Positions 1-12,314 are shown, counted from the first letter of the stretch. The stretch: 64,000 nt of DNA from Asterionella formosa (GCA_002256025.1 NKIB01012676.1:1-64000), one strand, 5' to 3'. Notes: generated by a model from the letters alone, not told the origin. Made by a program: numbers and translations.

Positions 1-1440
1 CGTTTTTGTTCGTCTCCTGAAAAGTGGACTCCGGCAATTCACCTTTCACCATGCCAATCGTCGTCCATCATGACCGGTTTGAAGCGAAATCAGTTCCGCG
101 ATGACGCCAGTAGCGATTCTTTGCCTAGTAACGGATGCGGTTGATTGTTGGATTGCTTGTCTTCTCGAGGTATTCATGTAGTCGCATCGTCCCTAAAAAC
201 AACCATGCATGCTTTAACGCTTACTTTGAACACGTTATAATATTATCTCTGTAGACTCGGTATTATTTTTACGAGACCTGAAATGTTGAATTATATCGTT
301 CACATATTCATTGATTTTACGTACCGTATGCCCGATTTCGTCCTCACAAATACAGTTCTCACTCTATCTTGCCTGCCATTGCTCTATTCGGGCTTGCAAT
401 AGGCAACGTTCGTCTTTCTTTTATCCCATCGTCTGCTGCTTGTTATGCTAGTTGAAGCGGATCGGTGAGTACAACAGTGAAATACTGAATGTGGATTGTA
501 GATCGTATTTATCGACTTTCCAATTTGATTGCTTCCGTGGTTTGTTTTGATCGCTTCCATCGTTGTTTGTCGTTCCGCGCTGTCATTTTTTTCGATTGTA
601 CATATGTACATAAGAACCAATGCATTTATCAATGGCTACTCATTGAAGATGTGGTATTGTGCCGTTGTTGATCGTATTTGTTGATTTGTATAGTCATTGA
701 CAATGATGTCAATATTGCCGCCAAGCAATGCTTTTCTTGTCCTAACCCGCTTTGCTACATTTCTACTACGAGTTCGTATCAGAAGCTACATGAATACTCA
801 GCTAGAGAGAGTCAATTGTTCTGGAGCAGCATGGCGATCACGCTTGCTCAGAATGGAATGATCAGGGTTACTTGTTTGGTGGGCAGCGGAGAGGAATGAC
901 TGTGGCGGAAATACTGCTACTGGTGTCACAGCGATGCGCATGGTTGCAGAAACCAGACCATTTACGCTACATAACGATGTAGGTCAAGATTGGGTTCAGC
1001 TTTTCCCTTCTTATTTCGGTCTTCGATTGAGTGGTGATGGAAAGTCAAGCAATGTTGCCTGGTGTGTAAGTACTACAATGATTCACAATACATACGTCTC
1101 TATTGGAACTCTTATTTTTTATTTCATTTCTAAACCAAAACAATTTTTTCTATTTCTCATTTGATGCTACTTATTACATCGCATTTCATACTTTGGTTGC
1201 TCCAAACATCATGTTCAATTTTCATTGATGTTGCATGTTACAATCATTCTCGTGTGTTTTACGCTTGTTGTACCATCTCTATGCATATTACCGTTATTTT
1301 GGTTGTCATGCCAAAATCGGCAATTTTATTGCCGAAAAATTCGATGTGCCCCATATTGCCCTTAAATAAAAAATTACTTAGAGACTAAAAATTACTTAGA
1401 AGTACCCGAATGGCAAGACGATAGCTGGAGCGGGAATTGC
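1..1440. mobile_element. Dispersed ~1.55 kb non-autonomous element, copy A (left end lies outside the window)
   Basis: Near-identical to 23563-25000 and similar to 38442-40083. It ends in the shared terminus ...tggcaagacgatagctggagcgggaattgc and has no conserved long ORF. Confidence 0.8.
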
Positions 1441-2070
1441 CAGATGAAGCCAATTGTATCAAGAACTGCGATCCTCCATCATGTAATATGACATGGCTTG
1501 CCAAGAAAGTGCTCACGGTATTGACATTGTTGATGATAAACCCATGTTACCAATTTTGGTTTCTGTGCATTCAACTCCAGTACCAACAAAGCATGGCCAT
1601 TTGTCGCCATGAATTCCTTCAATTCTCCAACTCGTTTGCCCCATATGGCTTCTTCTTCAGTGTCCCAAAACATCATAATCGAACCGATCCTCCGTCAACG
1701 GAATGCCTTCCAGCGCTTGTAATTGACCCACAAACCTAGTTTAGGGGACTTGGGATTATCGAAAGGAACGATACTGTCGCCGAAGCCGAACTCCTGCTTA
1801 CAGAGGAGCTTCAAGTCTTTCACATGTTTAGTTCAGCAGCTTCTTGTGCGGTCCAACTAAAGTCAACCTACTTGAATAACTCAATGCAATCTTGGGTCAT
1901 GCTAGATGGATGCCATCAACATTAGACTGGTTCTGCTTATGTTGTTCAGCAACCCTCTCAAGCATGGATTGAAGTCGTACCCACAGAGAACAATTCAGTT
2001 CCCATTTTCCTTTTGCAGTTTAGCAACCCTTCGTTGGATCGCACCCACTCCTTGCTCATTCGTGACATGA
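1441..2070 (-). pseudogene. Decayed paralog of the HA-domain gene, with frameshifts and its 3' end cut by the repeat element
   Basis: Translated fragments (WDTEEEAIWGKRVGELKEFMATNGHALL...KLVTWVYHQQCQY...KPCHIT; GDSIVPF; VDFSWTAQE) align to HA repeats of 4460-5860 but change frame. Confidence 0.8.
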
Positions 2071-2633
2071 GCATTTTTCCCTGGAAGGTCCAATAGCACA
2101 TGTTATATTTGCCTCTTTTCAGTTTTGAAGCACTCCCAATGGATCGTCTCATGCCTGCCAGATGAGATAGACTGTCTTTTCATTCCAAACTCTCTTTAGT
2201 AACTTTCTTCAATGTTAAATTATCATTCATCAAATCAGATTCATGTTCTGATAATCGAAATTGAGTTCATCACCTACAACTGGTAATGGTATTCAGCAAC
2301 TGGATGACGGTTTGCTAATGGAATTCACCAATCAGCAATTTCTAGTCATAGTCAGCCAATTCTAATTGTTGTCAGCAGATTTCTAGTCACATATACTAGT
2401 CACCAGCAACATTACGTAGTAAATAGAAAAACAAACAAATTTTCTTTTCACCTACAGATTACTGTAGTGTATCATGCTGCGTATTTTGAAAGCAAGTGTC
2501 AAATTTTGTAACTTCGTCATGTTGAATTGCTGGGCATCATCTAAACTACGTGAAGCAATGTGCCATCAGTGACTTCAATTTTCGTTATCAATATTTGAGC
2601 TACTATTAGCCTAGTCCATGGACTGATTGATAT

Positions 2634-2850
2634 TCATGATAGTATTCCGCATTCAACCAGCACCTTGTAGAGCTTTGGTAAAACAATCAGCTGCATCTCG
2701 TCAGTGGGGCAGTACTTCACAGATACTTTTCCAGATGCGATCCTGTCAGTCACGAAAAAAGACAGTATGTTGGTGATGTGCCTTATTTGGCAACTGCTTG
2801 ATGCTCGTCCATTATTCAAAAAGGATTGCACTCTGATTGTCTCGGTATAC
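2634..2850 (-). mobile_element. Ty1/copia LTR-retrotransposon RNase H C-terminal remnant
   Basis: RHITNILSFFVTDRIASGKVSVKYCPTDEM resembles the copia RNase H end motif (RHI.IRYFF..D......V.V.YCPT..M.AD..TKPL); degraded. Confidence 0.7.
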
Positions 2851-4129
2851 CACTGAGTTCTAAACATCTTATCCCTGCGCTTCCAGGAAATTCCGTGTCC
2901 AGAGAATCTGTGGCATGACATTCAAAAATTGAATTCAGATTTTGAGGTACTCATCAATCCTCCAATTGCCCTTCATGTAAAACATATTTATTGAATTCTT
3001 CAAATGTTCTGTATTTTCAATACAGCCATATGTATATGATACACACAGGAAACAAAACAAATACCTTGTTTTGGTGATTTTTTGGCTGTTTTCTGCCCTC
3101 CAAACCCAGCAAGCGTTTATTTTTTGGGCTGACTATTATTAGTGAGAGCATTGTTCATTTTAAAGGCTATGATATCATTAGTGAGTTGTTTAGAACAGTG
3201 GATTTGGAGACTTTTATCCTTGTTTAGAATTTACCATATTTCCTCATGGTGGTAGTAGGTCATGATGGTGCCCTGAGCTGGCATTATAATCTGAGACATC
3301 ATGCATATACTTGCCATTCAAAGTAAAATTACTCTACCTGCCCATGCCTGATTTGTCAATCATACCATTATCTTGAATCGATCTGCCACATCGTCACTCG
3401 CCAATGAGAGCAGTTTACTATACTAGTAGTGTAGAGGTGTCCCCAGGTTGGTAGTGGGAATCTGAGGGCATGGAGATCATGGAAAATAGAGCGACATTTT
3501 CAGTTTCAATGTGTTAGTGAACTGTAGTTCACTACATTACCGATATTCTATTTGTGTGTAATGATTCCACCAGTTTGTATTTGTTTCTGTCTAGCCATAC
3601 AGACTACTAGCCCCGCCTGGTTATCTTTCACGGATTGCTTCCATATTGTTTGTGAGATCCATTGCATTGTTGCCGTCTAACACTGCATAGTATGTTAAGT
3701 CCTTGAATACTTTGAAAGCATGCTCTTTTTGCTTTCCTCGTGGTAATGTCTTTTACTAGCGTGTTGTTAAATCTGGAGGTCACATGTAATGAAATATGTG
3801 GTGTGTGGGGTGTGGCGTGTGCTGGTATTTCCACCTAGTGAGTTTTTGTTGTTGGTAAGAATTTCTGATTGGAATTAAAATATTTTTTAACATAGAATGG
3901 CTAGATATAGTAGTGAATAAGTGGCCGAGGGAGGTGTCTTGATGTTTCTAGTCCATCGATCCTGGAAACTGATGCTGAGATGGAATGCAAAAAATAGTTA
4001 ATAAATATAATACAATCAAAAAGGCACCAAAGACAACCAAAAGGGCCAACAAACGAGAATTGGACAGATGTTTCAAGTACATTCCACATCATATATGATA
4101 GTTAACGCATCAATAGAACTATATCATGA

Positions 4130-6975
4130 ATAATAGCCTCCTAATCTTGTGGGAGTTTGAGAAATGAATCTCTCATGTGCAAGAGATCGTTCTGTCAAAA
4201 GATTTCTGATAAACTTCCATTGGTATAAAAAGCTACAAAATATGAGCGATGAGATTTTCAAAATGATATCAATTGCTATTCTCACTATACCTGTAAAAAA
4301 TTCCCCATGTAACTTTAATCGTTCATTAATTCATGGCATCCATGTTATTTGCATGAAATTTAATTGAATATATACAAACACAGACACAGACTTGTACAAT
4401 GCATTAACAGATTATTTACATTTATTAAAACTTTTAAAAATGATCAGTTTCTAATTCGTTCACTTAAACATTCCACTGCCACAGCCACCACCATCTCCAT
4501 ATCGCACTCGTTTCTTGGGCCTGAGATCAAACTCAGTAGTTTCATCTTCATCACACTCCTCTTCCTCCTCATCTTCAATATTGCTATCATCACTAGTACT
4601 CTCAGTGCTACCCTTGCTCACCTTGTCCCGTGGATGCCAGATAAAACCAATCCTATCAAGAGCCGCAATTCTCTCGTGTGTAATATGACATGGCTTATCC
4701 CGCTTGTACTCGCGATATTGTCTTCGTTGATGATGCACCCATGTTCCCAATCGTGGATTGGTCGAATAATGCGTAGGCACCATGGAATGTCCATTCTTAA
4801 CCTTGAACTGCTTCAACTCTCGAAGTCGTTCCCCCCACACAGCTTCTTGGGTGTCCCAACAAAATCCCAAACCATTGAGTTCCACGTAGCGAGAGTCCGT
4901 CATGTGCGAGGGCTTGCCTCGCTTGAGAAAATTGAAATGACGTCGTTGTTCCTTGACCCACAATCCCAGTTTGGGATAGTTTGGATGATTGACAGGAACA
5001 AGACAGTCTCCGTTCTCTTCTTTGAAGGCCTTCAAGTCAGCCATGTGCCTTTCCCACGCAGCTTCTTGAGCATTCCATGCAAAGTCCACATGTTCCAGTA
5101 AAGCAATGCGTTCTGCTGTGATGCTGGAATTCCTCCCATCGAGGCGAAGTTTGTATTGTTTGCGTTGCTCAGCGACCCAAACAGCCAAGCGCGGATTAAA
5201 GACGAATCCACGGGGAACAATGCAGTTCCCGTATTCATGCTTGTACTTCTTCAAGTCATTGTAGGATTCCATCCACTTGGCATTTCGAGAACTTGGCTTG
5301 TTTTCGAGAGCCTTATTTCCCTGTCGTTGCTTTGTCTTGCTGCCAGCCTTGTTCGACACAGCATTGCTGCTGTCGGAAGGATCCAACATGGAGACGTCTT
5401 CCTTGATGGCTACTCCTCCGAGCTCTGTAGGGGAGATGACTGGTAGGCTCTTTTTCTCTTGCAAGAATGAAGTAGTAGTCGAAACGGGGGACCGATTCGC
5501 GAAAGGTGCTGAAGCCGTTGTCACTAGGGCGGAAGGAACAATGTGATTGCTTGGGATCACAAGCTGCTGTCGTTGCTGTTGCTGTTGCTGCATCTGCATC
5601 TGCTGCATGTGCATCTGCTGAAACAAGGCCTGACTGCTGGGCTGCTGCATGATTCGCTGCCGCTGCAAGAGCATCATTTGTGTTTCCAAGAGCGACGCCG
5701 GATATGCAGCAGAACTGCAGCACGCAATTCCGTGGTGTTGTTGCTGAATCATTTGCATTTGAGGATTGAATACTCCATTGTGATACCCTCCTGCGATGAG
5801 GGCTCGTTGCTGAGCCAGGAGCTGCTGTTCGTACATGGAACAAGGGAAGCAAGTGTTCATCTTTCTTGGCTGTAATGTGAGCTTATGGTCAGTTACGCTC
5901 CTTGTTTCTTCATAAGTTGAAAATGAGAATCAGAAACAATTTTGTGTGATCATTCAGCGTTTGCTTGGCGGTCGTGGTAAAACAATACTGTGGTTTGTGG
6001 TTCTCCTTTGATAGTAATACCGTACAGGTATTCAAAGTTGCTTGTCCCAATATACTATACACACAAATATTCATACAGTATAGGGCAATTTCTGTTTGGT
6101 TACCGGTAGGGGATATTTGTATGATAGTACCGTTAAGCGGGATCATGAGGCTTTTTCATTACAACAACAATACGGAAAGTCGCTCGAATCAAAAGCTTTC
6201 AACCTTCCAAGCAACACTTTCATCATACTTGTGGACGAGCATTTCTACTTGAGTAAATTCAATACCTGTTCTTCGTTAATTTCCCGTTTCGAACAACGAC
6301 CCGAATAGCGCACCGACAGGTTTGTTGCGAAGCACATCGCTCGGAGCATTTGCTTACCTTTACTAAACTATCTTTGCCTTCTCGTTCGAAAACGATGAGA
6401 TTCGTTTTTTGTCGGAATTGTCTATTGCCCCTAACCAGGGAAAGATAAAGTACCTGCCTTGGTCGCTACTTGAGACAAAAGGAAAAGTCGAAAGTTGGAC
6501 TAATTTGTATGGTGGAATACACCGCGATGTTGGAACGTGCCAGTTGGTACCAGGTACCTTGGACACACTCACAACAACGACAGGAACCATCAAAGTGTTA
6601 TACCAATTACCGGTATTATAGAGACTAATATACCAGTTATGCACACATACAACGACGACAAGTGAACTATCAAAGCAAAATATTTCAACGAATGTCTCAC
6701 GTTCATTCGACATCTACAGGATGTTAATCCCATATTCGTGACAATTTGAATACCTCATACACCACAGGTTTTCTGGGGTCATTCTACTGAGAGGTCATAG
6801 TCCATCTAGTAATTCTGCTGGGAGCAAGTCATCTTTAATATACATTGGTTTTATGAATAAAAATGATTGAGATGATGTGTCTATAAAATTCGATTTAGTA
6901 GCGCGTTGAAAATGATTACGAAAACCTAGTATGGAATTGAGTGTGCCTTTATCGCTCGCAACAAGAATTGCTTTT
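4130..6975. repeat. Segmental duplication unit (HA gene plus flanks), copy 1
   Basis: Upstream non-coding blocks (atcatacttgtggacga..catttctac; gtcggaattgtctattgccc; acaacgacaggaaccatc) recur near 12690-13060, 32110-32320 and 37930. The downstream flank 4130-4295 matches 30230-30355. Confidence 0.8.
4460..5860 (-). CDS. HA (helicase-associated) domain protein, copy 1: Q-rich N-terminus, 3 HA repeats, acidic tract, basic NLS-like motif (466 aa)
   Basis: Intact ATG-to-stop ORF with three repeats of W...Y..L..YK..YG.C.VP......L..WV..QR..........R...L..(L/V)(G/D)F.W, and a C-terminal EDEEEEECDED...RPKKRVR. Confidence 0.9.
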   Translation of the reverse strand: MNTCFPCSMYEQQLLAQQRALIAGGYHNGVFNPQMQMIQQQHHGIACCSSAAYPASLLETQMMLLQRQRIMQQPSSQALFQQMHMQQMQMQQQQQQRQQLVIPSNHIVPSALVTTASAPFANRSPVSTTTSFLQEKKSLPVISPTELGGVAIKEDVSMLDPSDSSNAVSNKAGSKTKQRQGNKALENKPSSRNAKWMESYNDLKKYKHEYGNCIVPRGFVFNPRLAVWVAEQRKQYKLRLDGRNSSITAERIALLEHVDFAWNAQEAAWERHMADLKAFKEENGDCLVPVNHPNYPKLGLWVKEQRRHFNFLKRGKPSHMTDSRYVELNGLGFCWDTQEAVWGERLRELKQFKVKNGHSMVPTHYSTNPRLGTWVHHQRRQYREYKRDKPCHITHERIAALDRIGFIWHPRDKVSKGSTESTSDDSNIEDEEEEECDEDETTEFDLRPKKRVRYGDGGGCGSGMFK

Positions 6976-7549
6976 AAACCTTGGCTGGAGCTGAGCAATG
7001 CCTAATGAGGGTTGGATGGTACCAGGTACAAGGTACCTGGTACATGGTATATATTATGTATGTGGAGTAAATTGTTACTAGCGATTTGCAATCATCATGC
7101 GTTCTATTCGATTTGGTTACAATAATGAATACCGTAAACCTCCTAATATCTCCACGTACTTTTCGGGTTTTGTGGAGCAGTAGTAAAACCGGTCGTGGAG
7201 AATATTGTGAAACCCTAATCCTAATCCACCCAAATTTGGGGATAGGGATAGGTTTCATGACCATGACGTCATCAGACACCAAAATAAATAGCAAAAGACA
7301 CCATCCATATAAAAATTTAGTATAAATACTGGTGCACATGTTTTACATACATGAAACCATGTAAAATATTTGACAGTGGTGACAACTAAGAGTAATGCAA
7401 TGTAGTTAATGAGTGAGCCAGCCATGTTAATGAGTGAGAGCATCCCAAGAACCTTGTTCCCATGCTGGTTATAAAAAGTACGAAATTTAGGAAGATTTGG
7501 TATACATTAATTTCAACCTCAAGTGGCTACTATTCGTGGTGGTATATTG

Positions 7550-8310
7550 ATAAACAAAGTTATATGAAAATCAGTAGTGGGACACAATCATTAGCAAAAT
7601 TGTGTTGCTTTGATATAAAATGGTGTGATGACATCAAAGCTGTAGAATATTGTGCTAGTTGCATGAATGATACAGCTATTGATAGTAACTTATTGTATAC
7701 TATCTTCCAGTGACTTGCATAGTGATAGTAACTTATTGTACAATATCTTCCAGTAAATTGAATCATTCCACATCATATATTGGATGCATATTGATAGAGA
7801 TACAGAAGAGTCAGTAGCAAGGATTAGGTGTGCGGCATTGACATAGAATTTTATACTGACACACCTAATCATGAAGATGGCACTTTTTGCATGAATAATA
7901 AATTGATAGTACCTTGCTCTATATTGTGTGTCAGTGACTTGAGACGTTCAACATAATGCGTTGCTTGAATATTGATGGAGTTATAGGTGAATCAGTATTG
8001 GGAAACCATCATTACCAAATTGTGTGATTTTGTTATGAAATGATATAGTGACCTCATCAGGAGGATGGTCTTTGTTGTATGAACTATATATTGATAGTAA
8101 GTTATTCAATACTATGGGCCAGTGAAAAGAGACGCTTAAAATGGTGGGTTGATTGAATATTGATGGTGGGGATACTATAGGGGAACAATCAGTATTGGGA
8201 ATCCATCGTTACGAAATGGTGTTGTTTTGTGATGAATTTATATATTGACATCATCTGGAGAATGTTTCTGGTTGCATGAATGATATATTGATAGTACCTC
8301 ATTCTATACC
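7550..8310. repeat. Degenerate tandem repeat, ~190-240 bp unit, about 4 copies
   Basis: Recurring blocks aatcagta(g/t)tggga...cat(c/t)..a.caaat.gtg (near 7570, 7990, 8187) and tattgatagta(a/c). Confidence 0.55.
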
Positions 8311-8620
8311 ATATCCGAACTTAGAACACCAAGGTTATCTGGGTGAGGATGGTAACAATTGTACCAAGCAAGCTAGCTACTAGCTTAATACATTATGCAC
8401 ACTGCCATCATTACAATGTCTGTCCATAGCATGGTAATATGCTGATAATTAGTGAGTTTACCATGATGTTACTAAGTGTTCATGTTAATTTCAATTGACT
8501 TCTCGATGTCTGCATGTTCAAATTTATTGCATTCTCATTGAGGGAAATAAGATGTTTTTCAAAATGCTCCAACTCAGCTGACCAAGGATCCTGCCCACAT
8601 TTTGCGAATGCAGCTGCAAT

Positions 8621-8839
8621 TCATCTCCTGGGCTTATTCCCTAGTAGGTCTTTTTCATCAAATCCAGTCTCAATCATTCCAACCAGATCTTCCCTTGGTA
8701 CTATGAGAGCACACCCAACCAGCTCCTTGGCAGTTTTATCAGCAATGGCTTTTTGCCTGACATTATAAATCCCCTTCTTGATTGCAGCCTTGAGAGGTTT
8801 ATTAAAAGTCATATCACAAACCTGATGAATTGATGTCAA
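8621..8839 (-). mobile_element. pogo/DDE_1-like transposase fragment
   Basis: TSIHQVCDMTFNKPLKAAIK resembles the DDE_1 motif TS..QP.D...NKP.K; short and degraded. Confidence 0.5.
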
Positions 8840-8899
8840 GCCTTCTTAGATGCATGTACATAAGGAAGACTTTACCTGGTACAGGTGATGAATGGTTTG

Positions 8900-9643
8900 T
8901 TTCTAGCCAATCTTTAATATGTCTGAATTTTTTATTTTTTGTTGCCTTTTACGCAACAGGAGGAGGAAGAGGCAATGATTTGTCATCATCATCACTGCTA
9001 TTTTGCGAATTGAGAACATAGTCAGGGTCTTTGTCTTCATCATCTGGCTTCTCTTTCTGTGAACAATCAGAGTCCATATCAACATTGCCACGACTCTTTT
9101 CTTCCTTGCTGTTGTTGTCGTGGATGTCTATCACTTCATTTTATGCGATCATAGGAGGGTATAGTTGACCAACCAGCCAGTCTCTTTTCAGTAAACGGAT
9201 CATTAAGGAAATAGTGAAGTCCTTCTTGCCATTCCTGTACCCTGACACTTTAAATCTCGCGCAAATTTTTCGAAGGTCCTTGACAGATATATGTTTAATG
9301 TCAATTCCTTTTATATGAATCAATTCCAGCCCACTTTCATCAAGAATAAACCATCTGGTACTATGAGCGAGTTGACGAACTCATCAATATTAGCTAGACA
9401 AGAACCAGGAAAGGGTTTCCTCTTTTCAGGTGGACCCATCTTGTCAATGTCAAGTGTACCAGCAGTTGGAGGTTTCCTCTTTTCAACAAAACCCATCTCG
9501 TCAATGTCGGTTGGACCAGTAGTAGACGACTCAACAAGAATATCTTTGACATCCTCATCAGCTACAAGGGATTGATTCTTTTCCGAAATGGGAATATCGG
9601 CAGCATCAGAAGTTTCAGCTATATCCACTACTTTGCTGCTCAT
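8900..9643 (-). pseudogene. Frameshifted coding relic, probably a transposon-associated gene
   Basis: Consecutive same-strand ORF pieces (MSSKVVDIAE...; IKGIDIKHISVKDLRKICARFKVSGYRNGKK; acidic DDEDKDPDY) lie in different frames. Confidence 0.4.
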
Positions 9644-10379
9644 TGCGCCAATTAATCGAGATATAGTCGATGATGGAAGACAGGTATAAAGATGAGCGGA
9701 CTACTGATTCTTGTTTGACTGACGAAGCTGAAAGGTAGTGTATACAGAGTATAAATATAACAAAAAATAGTTGGCGCAATTTTTAATGGTGTTGTGCTTG
9801 TGTATTTACAGTTATTTTATCAGTGCCAACAGACGTGATACACAGTGATCAACGGCTGTATCACTGATACAGTATTAGTCAGGGGTCCGAAAACTGTATC
9901 AGTGATACCCCCATGATACAACGGTGATCAGACCAAAAAAACCGTTGGTGATACACAAAAAAACCAAACCGCCATTTTTGTATCATATTTCGGAGATAAT
10001 AAACCAATGTTGACCAATGACAGAATGATAAGAACGGCCCTTAGGTGTATTGGTAAATATTTCGGTACAATATCTACTAAGGGTACAAGTAGATGATCAT
10101 CATTGTACATGATCCGTGTACCACTCAAGCACTTTCAAAAATTTGTCAACCGGCCGGGTCCTACTATATAAGAGAAATAATTGTTGGTATATATATAAAT
10201 AACGATGAAAATTGTCCATTTATATATATTAAGCGATTTCACAAAGGAATCTATTCCACTGATTTGAATATTTCAAATGGAATCATGTAATTCAAAAATA
10301 GCTCATAAAATTTCTTAGTTCCAGGGAATTTCGGCAACCCTAAGCAATATTTAAATTTTTGCCATAGGGTTGAAATGCA

Positions 10380-10845
10380 GGAACCTTGAAACGGTACTAT
10401 ACAAGCAGTGACTATGTACTATGATTGGTTGGCTGAAGCAATTTATGTTGAAGCAGCATTCTTAAATACTGACGTCGATGAGGACATTTCCATCGAGACT
10501 CCACAAGGACTTAAAGAAATTGAGAAGGATGTCCAAGTATGTAAGTTACTCTATGGTATGTACATACGGAATTCTTCAAGCACCAGGTGTTGGTCGACGA
10601 CGATCGTGAAATATGTCAACAGCAAGCCTGGTATGAAGGAAAGTAAAATAGACACTATGTTATCAATCTATCGTAACAACGATGGACGAATTGAAGGGTT
10701 ATTGGTGAACTACATGGTACCAGAGTGCTATACATGAAAAATATGATTGAGTAGGATTTCAATATTGAGGAACAAGGTCCTCCACGAAAACACTTGGGAG
10801 TGGAATACACACATAAGAAAAACAAGTACGGTGAATCCTGGGAGG
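10380..10845 (+). mobile_element. Ty1/copia reverse transcriptase (RVT_2-like) remnant
   Basis: YVEAAFLNTDVDEDISIETPQG...VCKL..GMY...W...IVKY...GMKESKID and a downstream HLGVEY match the copia RT layout; stops and frameshifts present. Confidence 0.7.
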
Positions 10846-10907
10846 TACAGACACAGTCTCATCAATGCATTATAGATTATTTACATTTATTAAAACTCTA
10901 AAAATGA

Positions 10908-12314
10908 TCAGTTTCTATTTCGTTCACTTAAATTTCCACTGCCACAGCCACCACCATCTCCATATCGCACTCGTTTCTTGGGCCTGAGATCAAACTCAGT
11001 AGTTTCATCTTCATCACACTCCTCTTCCTCCTCATCTTCAATATTGCTATCATCACTACTCTCAGTGCTACCCTTGCTCACCTTGTCCCGTGGATGCCAG
11101 ATAAAACCTATCCTATCAAGAGCCGCAATCCTCTCGTGTGTAATATGACATGGCTTATCCCGCTTGTACTCGCGATATTGCCTTCGTTGATGATGCACCC
11201 ATGTCCCCAATCGTGGATTGGTCGAATAATGCGTAGGCACCATGGAATGTCCATTCTTAACCTTGAACTGCTTCAACTCTCGGAGTCGTTCCCCCCACAC
11301 AGCTTCTTGGGTGTCCCAACAAAATCCCAAACCACTGAGTTCCACGTAGCGAGAATCCGTCATATGCGAGGGCTTGCCTCGCTTGAGAAAATTGAAATGA
11401 CGTCGTTGTTCCTTGACCCACAATCCCAGTTTGGGATAGTTTGGATGATTGACAGGAACAAGACAGTCTCCGTTCTCTTCTTTGAAGGCCGTCAAGTCAG
11501 CCATGTGCCTTTCCCATGCAGCTTCTTGAGCATTCCATGCAAAGTCCACTTGTTCCAGTAAAGCAATTCGTTCTGCTGTGATGCTGGAATTCCTCCCATC
11601 GAGGCGAAGTTTGTATTGTTTGCGTTGTTCAGCGACCCAAACAGCCAAGCGCGGATTAAAGACGTATCCACGGGGAACAATGCAGTTCCCGTATTCATGC
11701 TTGTACTTCTTCAAGTCATTGTAGGATTCCATCCACTTGGCATTTCGAGAACTTGGCTTGTTTTCGAGAGTCTTATTTCCCCGTCGTTGCTTTGTCTTGC
11801 TGCCAGCCTTGTTCGACACAGAGTCGCTGTTGCCAGAAGGATCCGACATGGAGACTTCTTCCTTGATGGCTACTCCTCCGAGCTCTGAAGGGGAGATGAC
11901 TGGTAGGCTCTTTTTCTCTTGCAAGAATGAAGTAGTAGTCGAAACGGGGGAACAATTCGCGAAAGGTGCTGAAGCCATTGTCACAAGGGCGGAAGGAACA
12001 ATGTGATTGCTTGGGATCACAAGCTGCTGTCGCTGCTGTTGCTGCTGCATCTGCTGCATGTGCATGTGCATCTGCTGAAACAAGGCCTGACTGCTGGGCT
12101 GCTGCATGATTCGCTGCCGCTGCAAGAGCATCATTTGTGTTTCCAAGAGCGACGCCGGATATGCAGCAGAACCGCAGCACGCAATTCCGTGGTGTTGTTG
12201 CTGAATCATTTGCATGTGAGGAGTGAATACTCCATTGTGATACCCTCCTGCGATGAGGGCTCGTTGCTGAGCCAGGAGCTGCTGTTCGTACAGGGAAGGG
12301 AAGCCAGTGTTCAT
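10908..12314 (-). CDS. HA-domain protein, copy 2 (468 aa from MNTGFPSLYEQ)
   Basis: Intact ORF highly similar to copy 1. The start was placed at the ATG homologous to that of copy 1. Confidence 0.9.
   Translation of the reverse strand: MNTGFPSLYEQQLLAQQRALIAGGYHNGVFTPHMQMIQQQHHGIACCGSAAYPASLLETQMMLLQRQRIMQQPSSQALFQQMHMHMQQMQQQQQRQQLVIPSNHIVPSALVTMASAPFANCSPVSTTTSFLQEKKSLPVISPSELGGVAIKEEVSMSDPSGNSDSVSNKAGSKTKQRRGNKTLENKPSSRNAKWMESYNDLKKYKHEYGNCIVPRGYVFNPRLAVWVAEQRKQYKLRLDGRNSSITAERIALLEQVDFAWNAQEAAWERHMADLTAFKEENGDCLVPVNHPNYPKLGLWVKEQRRHFNFLKRGKPSHMTDSRYVELSGLGFCWDTQEAVWGERLRELKQFKVKNGHSMVPTHYSTNPRLGTWVHHQRRQYREYKRDKPCHITHERIAALDRIGFIWHPRDKVSKGSTESSDDSNIEDEEEEECDEDETTEFDLRPKKRVRYGDGGGCGSGNLSERNRN

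Noticed and set aside
384..1388. Short ORFs within the 1.55-kb element (also in copies B and C)
   Set aside because: Frames are not conserved among the three copies and no transposase motif was recognised.
4364..5875. Antisense and alternate-frame ORFs overlapping the HA genes (also at 11094-12329, 30488-31879, 36710-37177)
   Set aside because: Shadow ORFs that recur only because the gene is duplicated; no independent protein features.
7208..7260. Telomere-like words (aaaccctaatcctaatcc / ggatagggataggttt)
   Set aside because: Only 2-3 imperfect units forming a loose inverted repeat; not a telomeric array.
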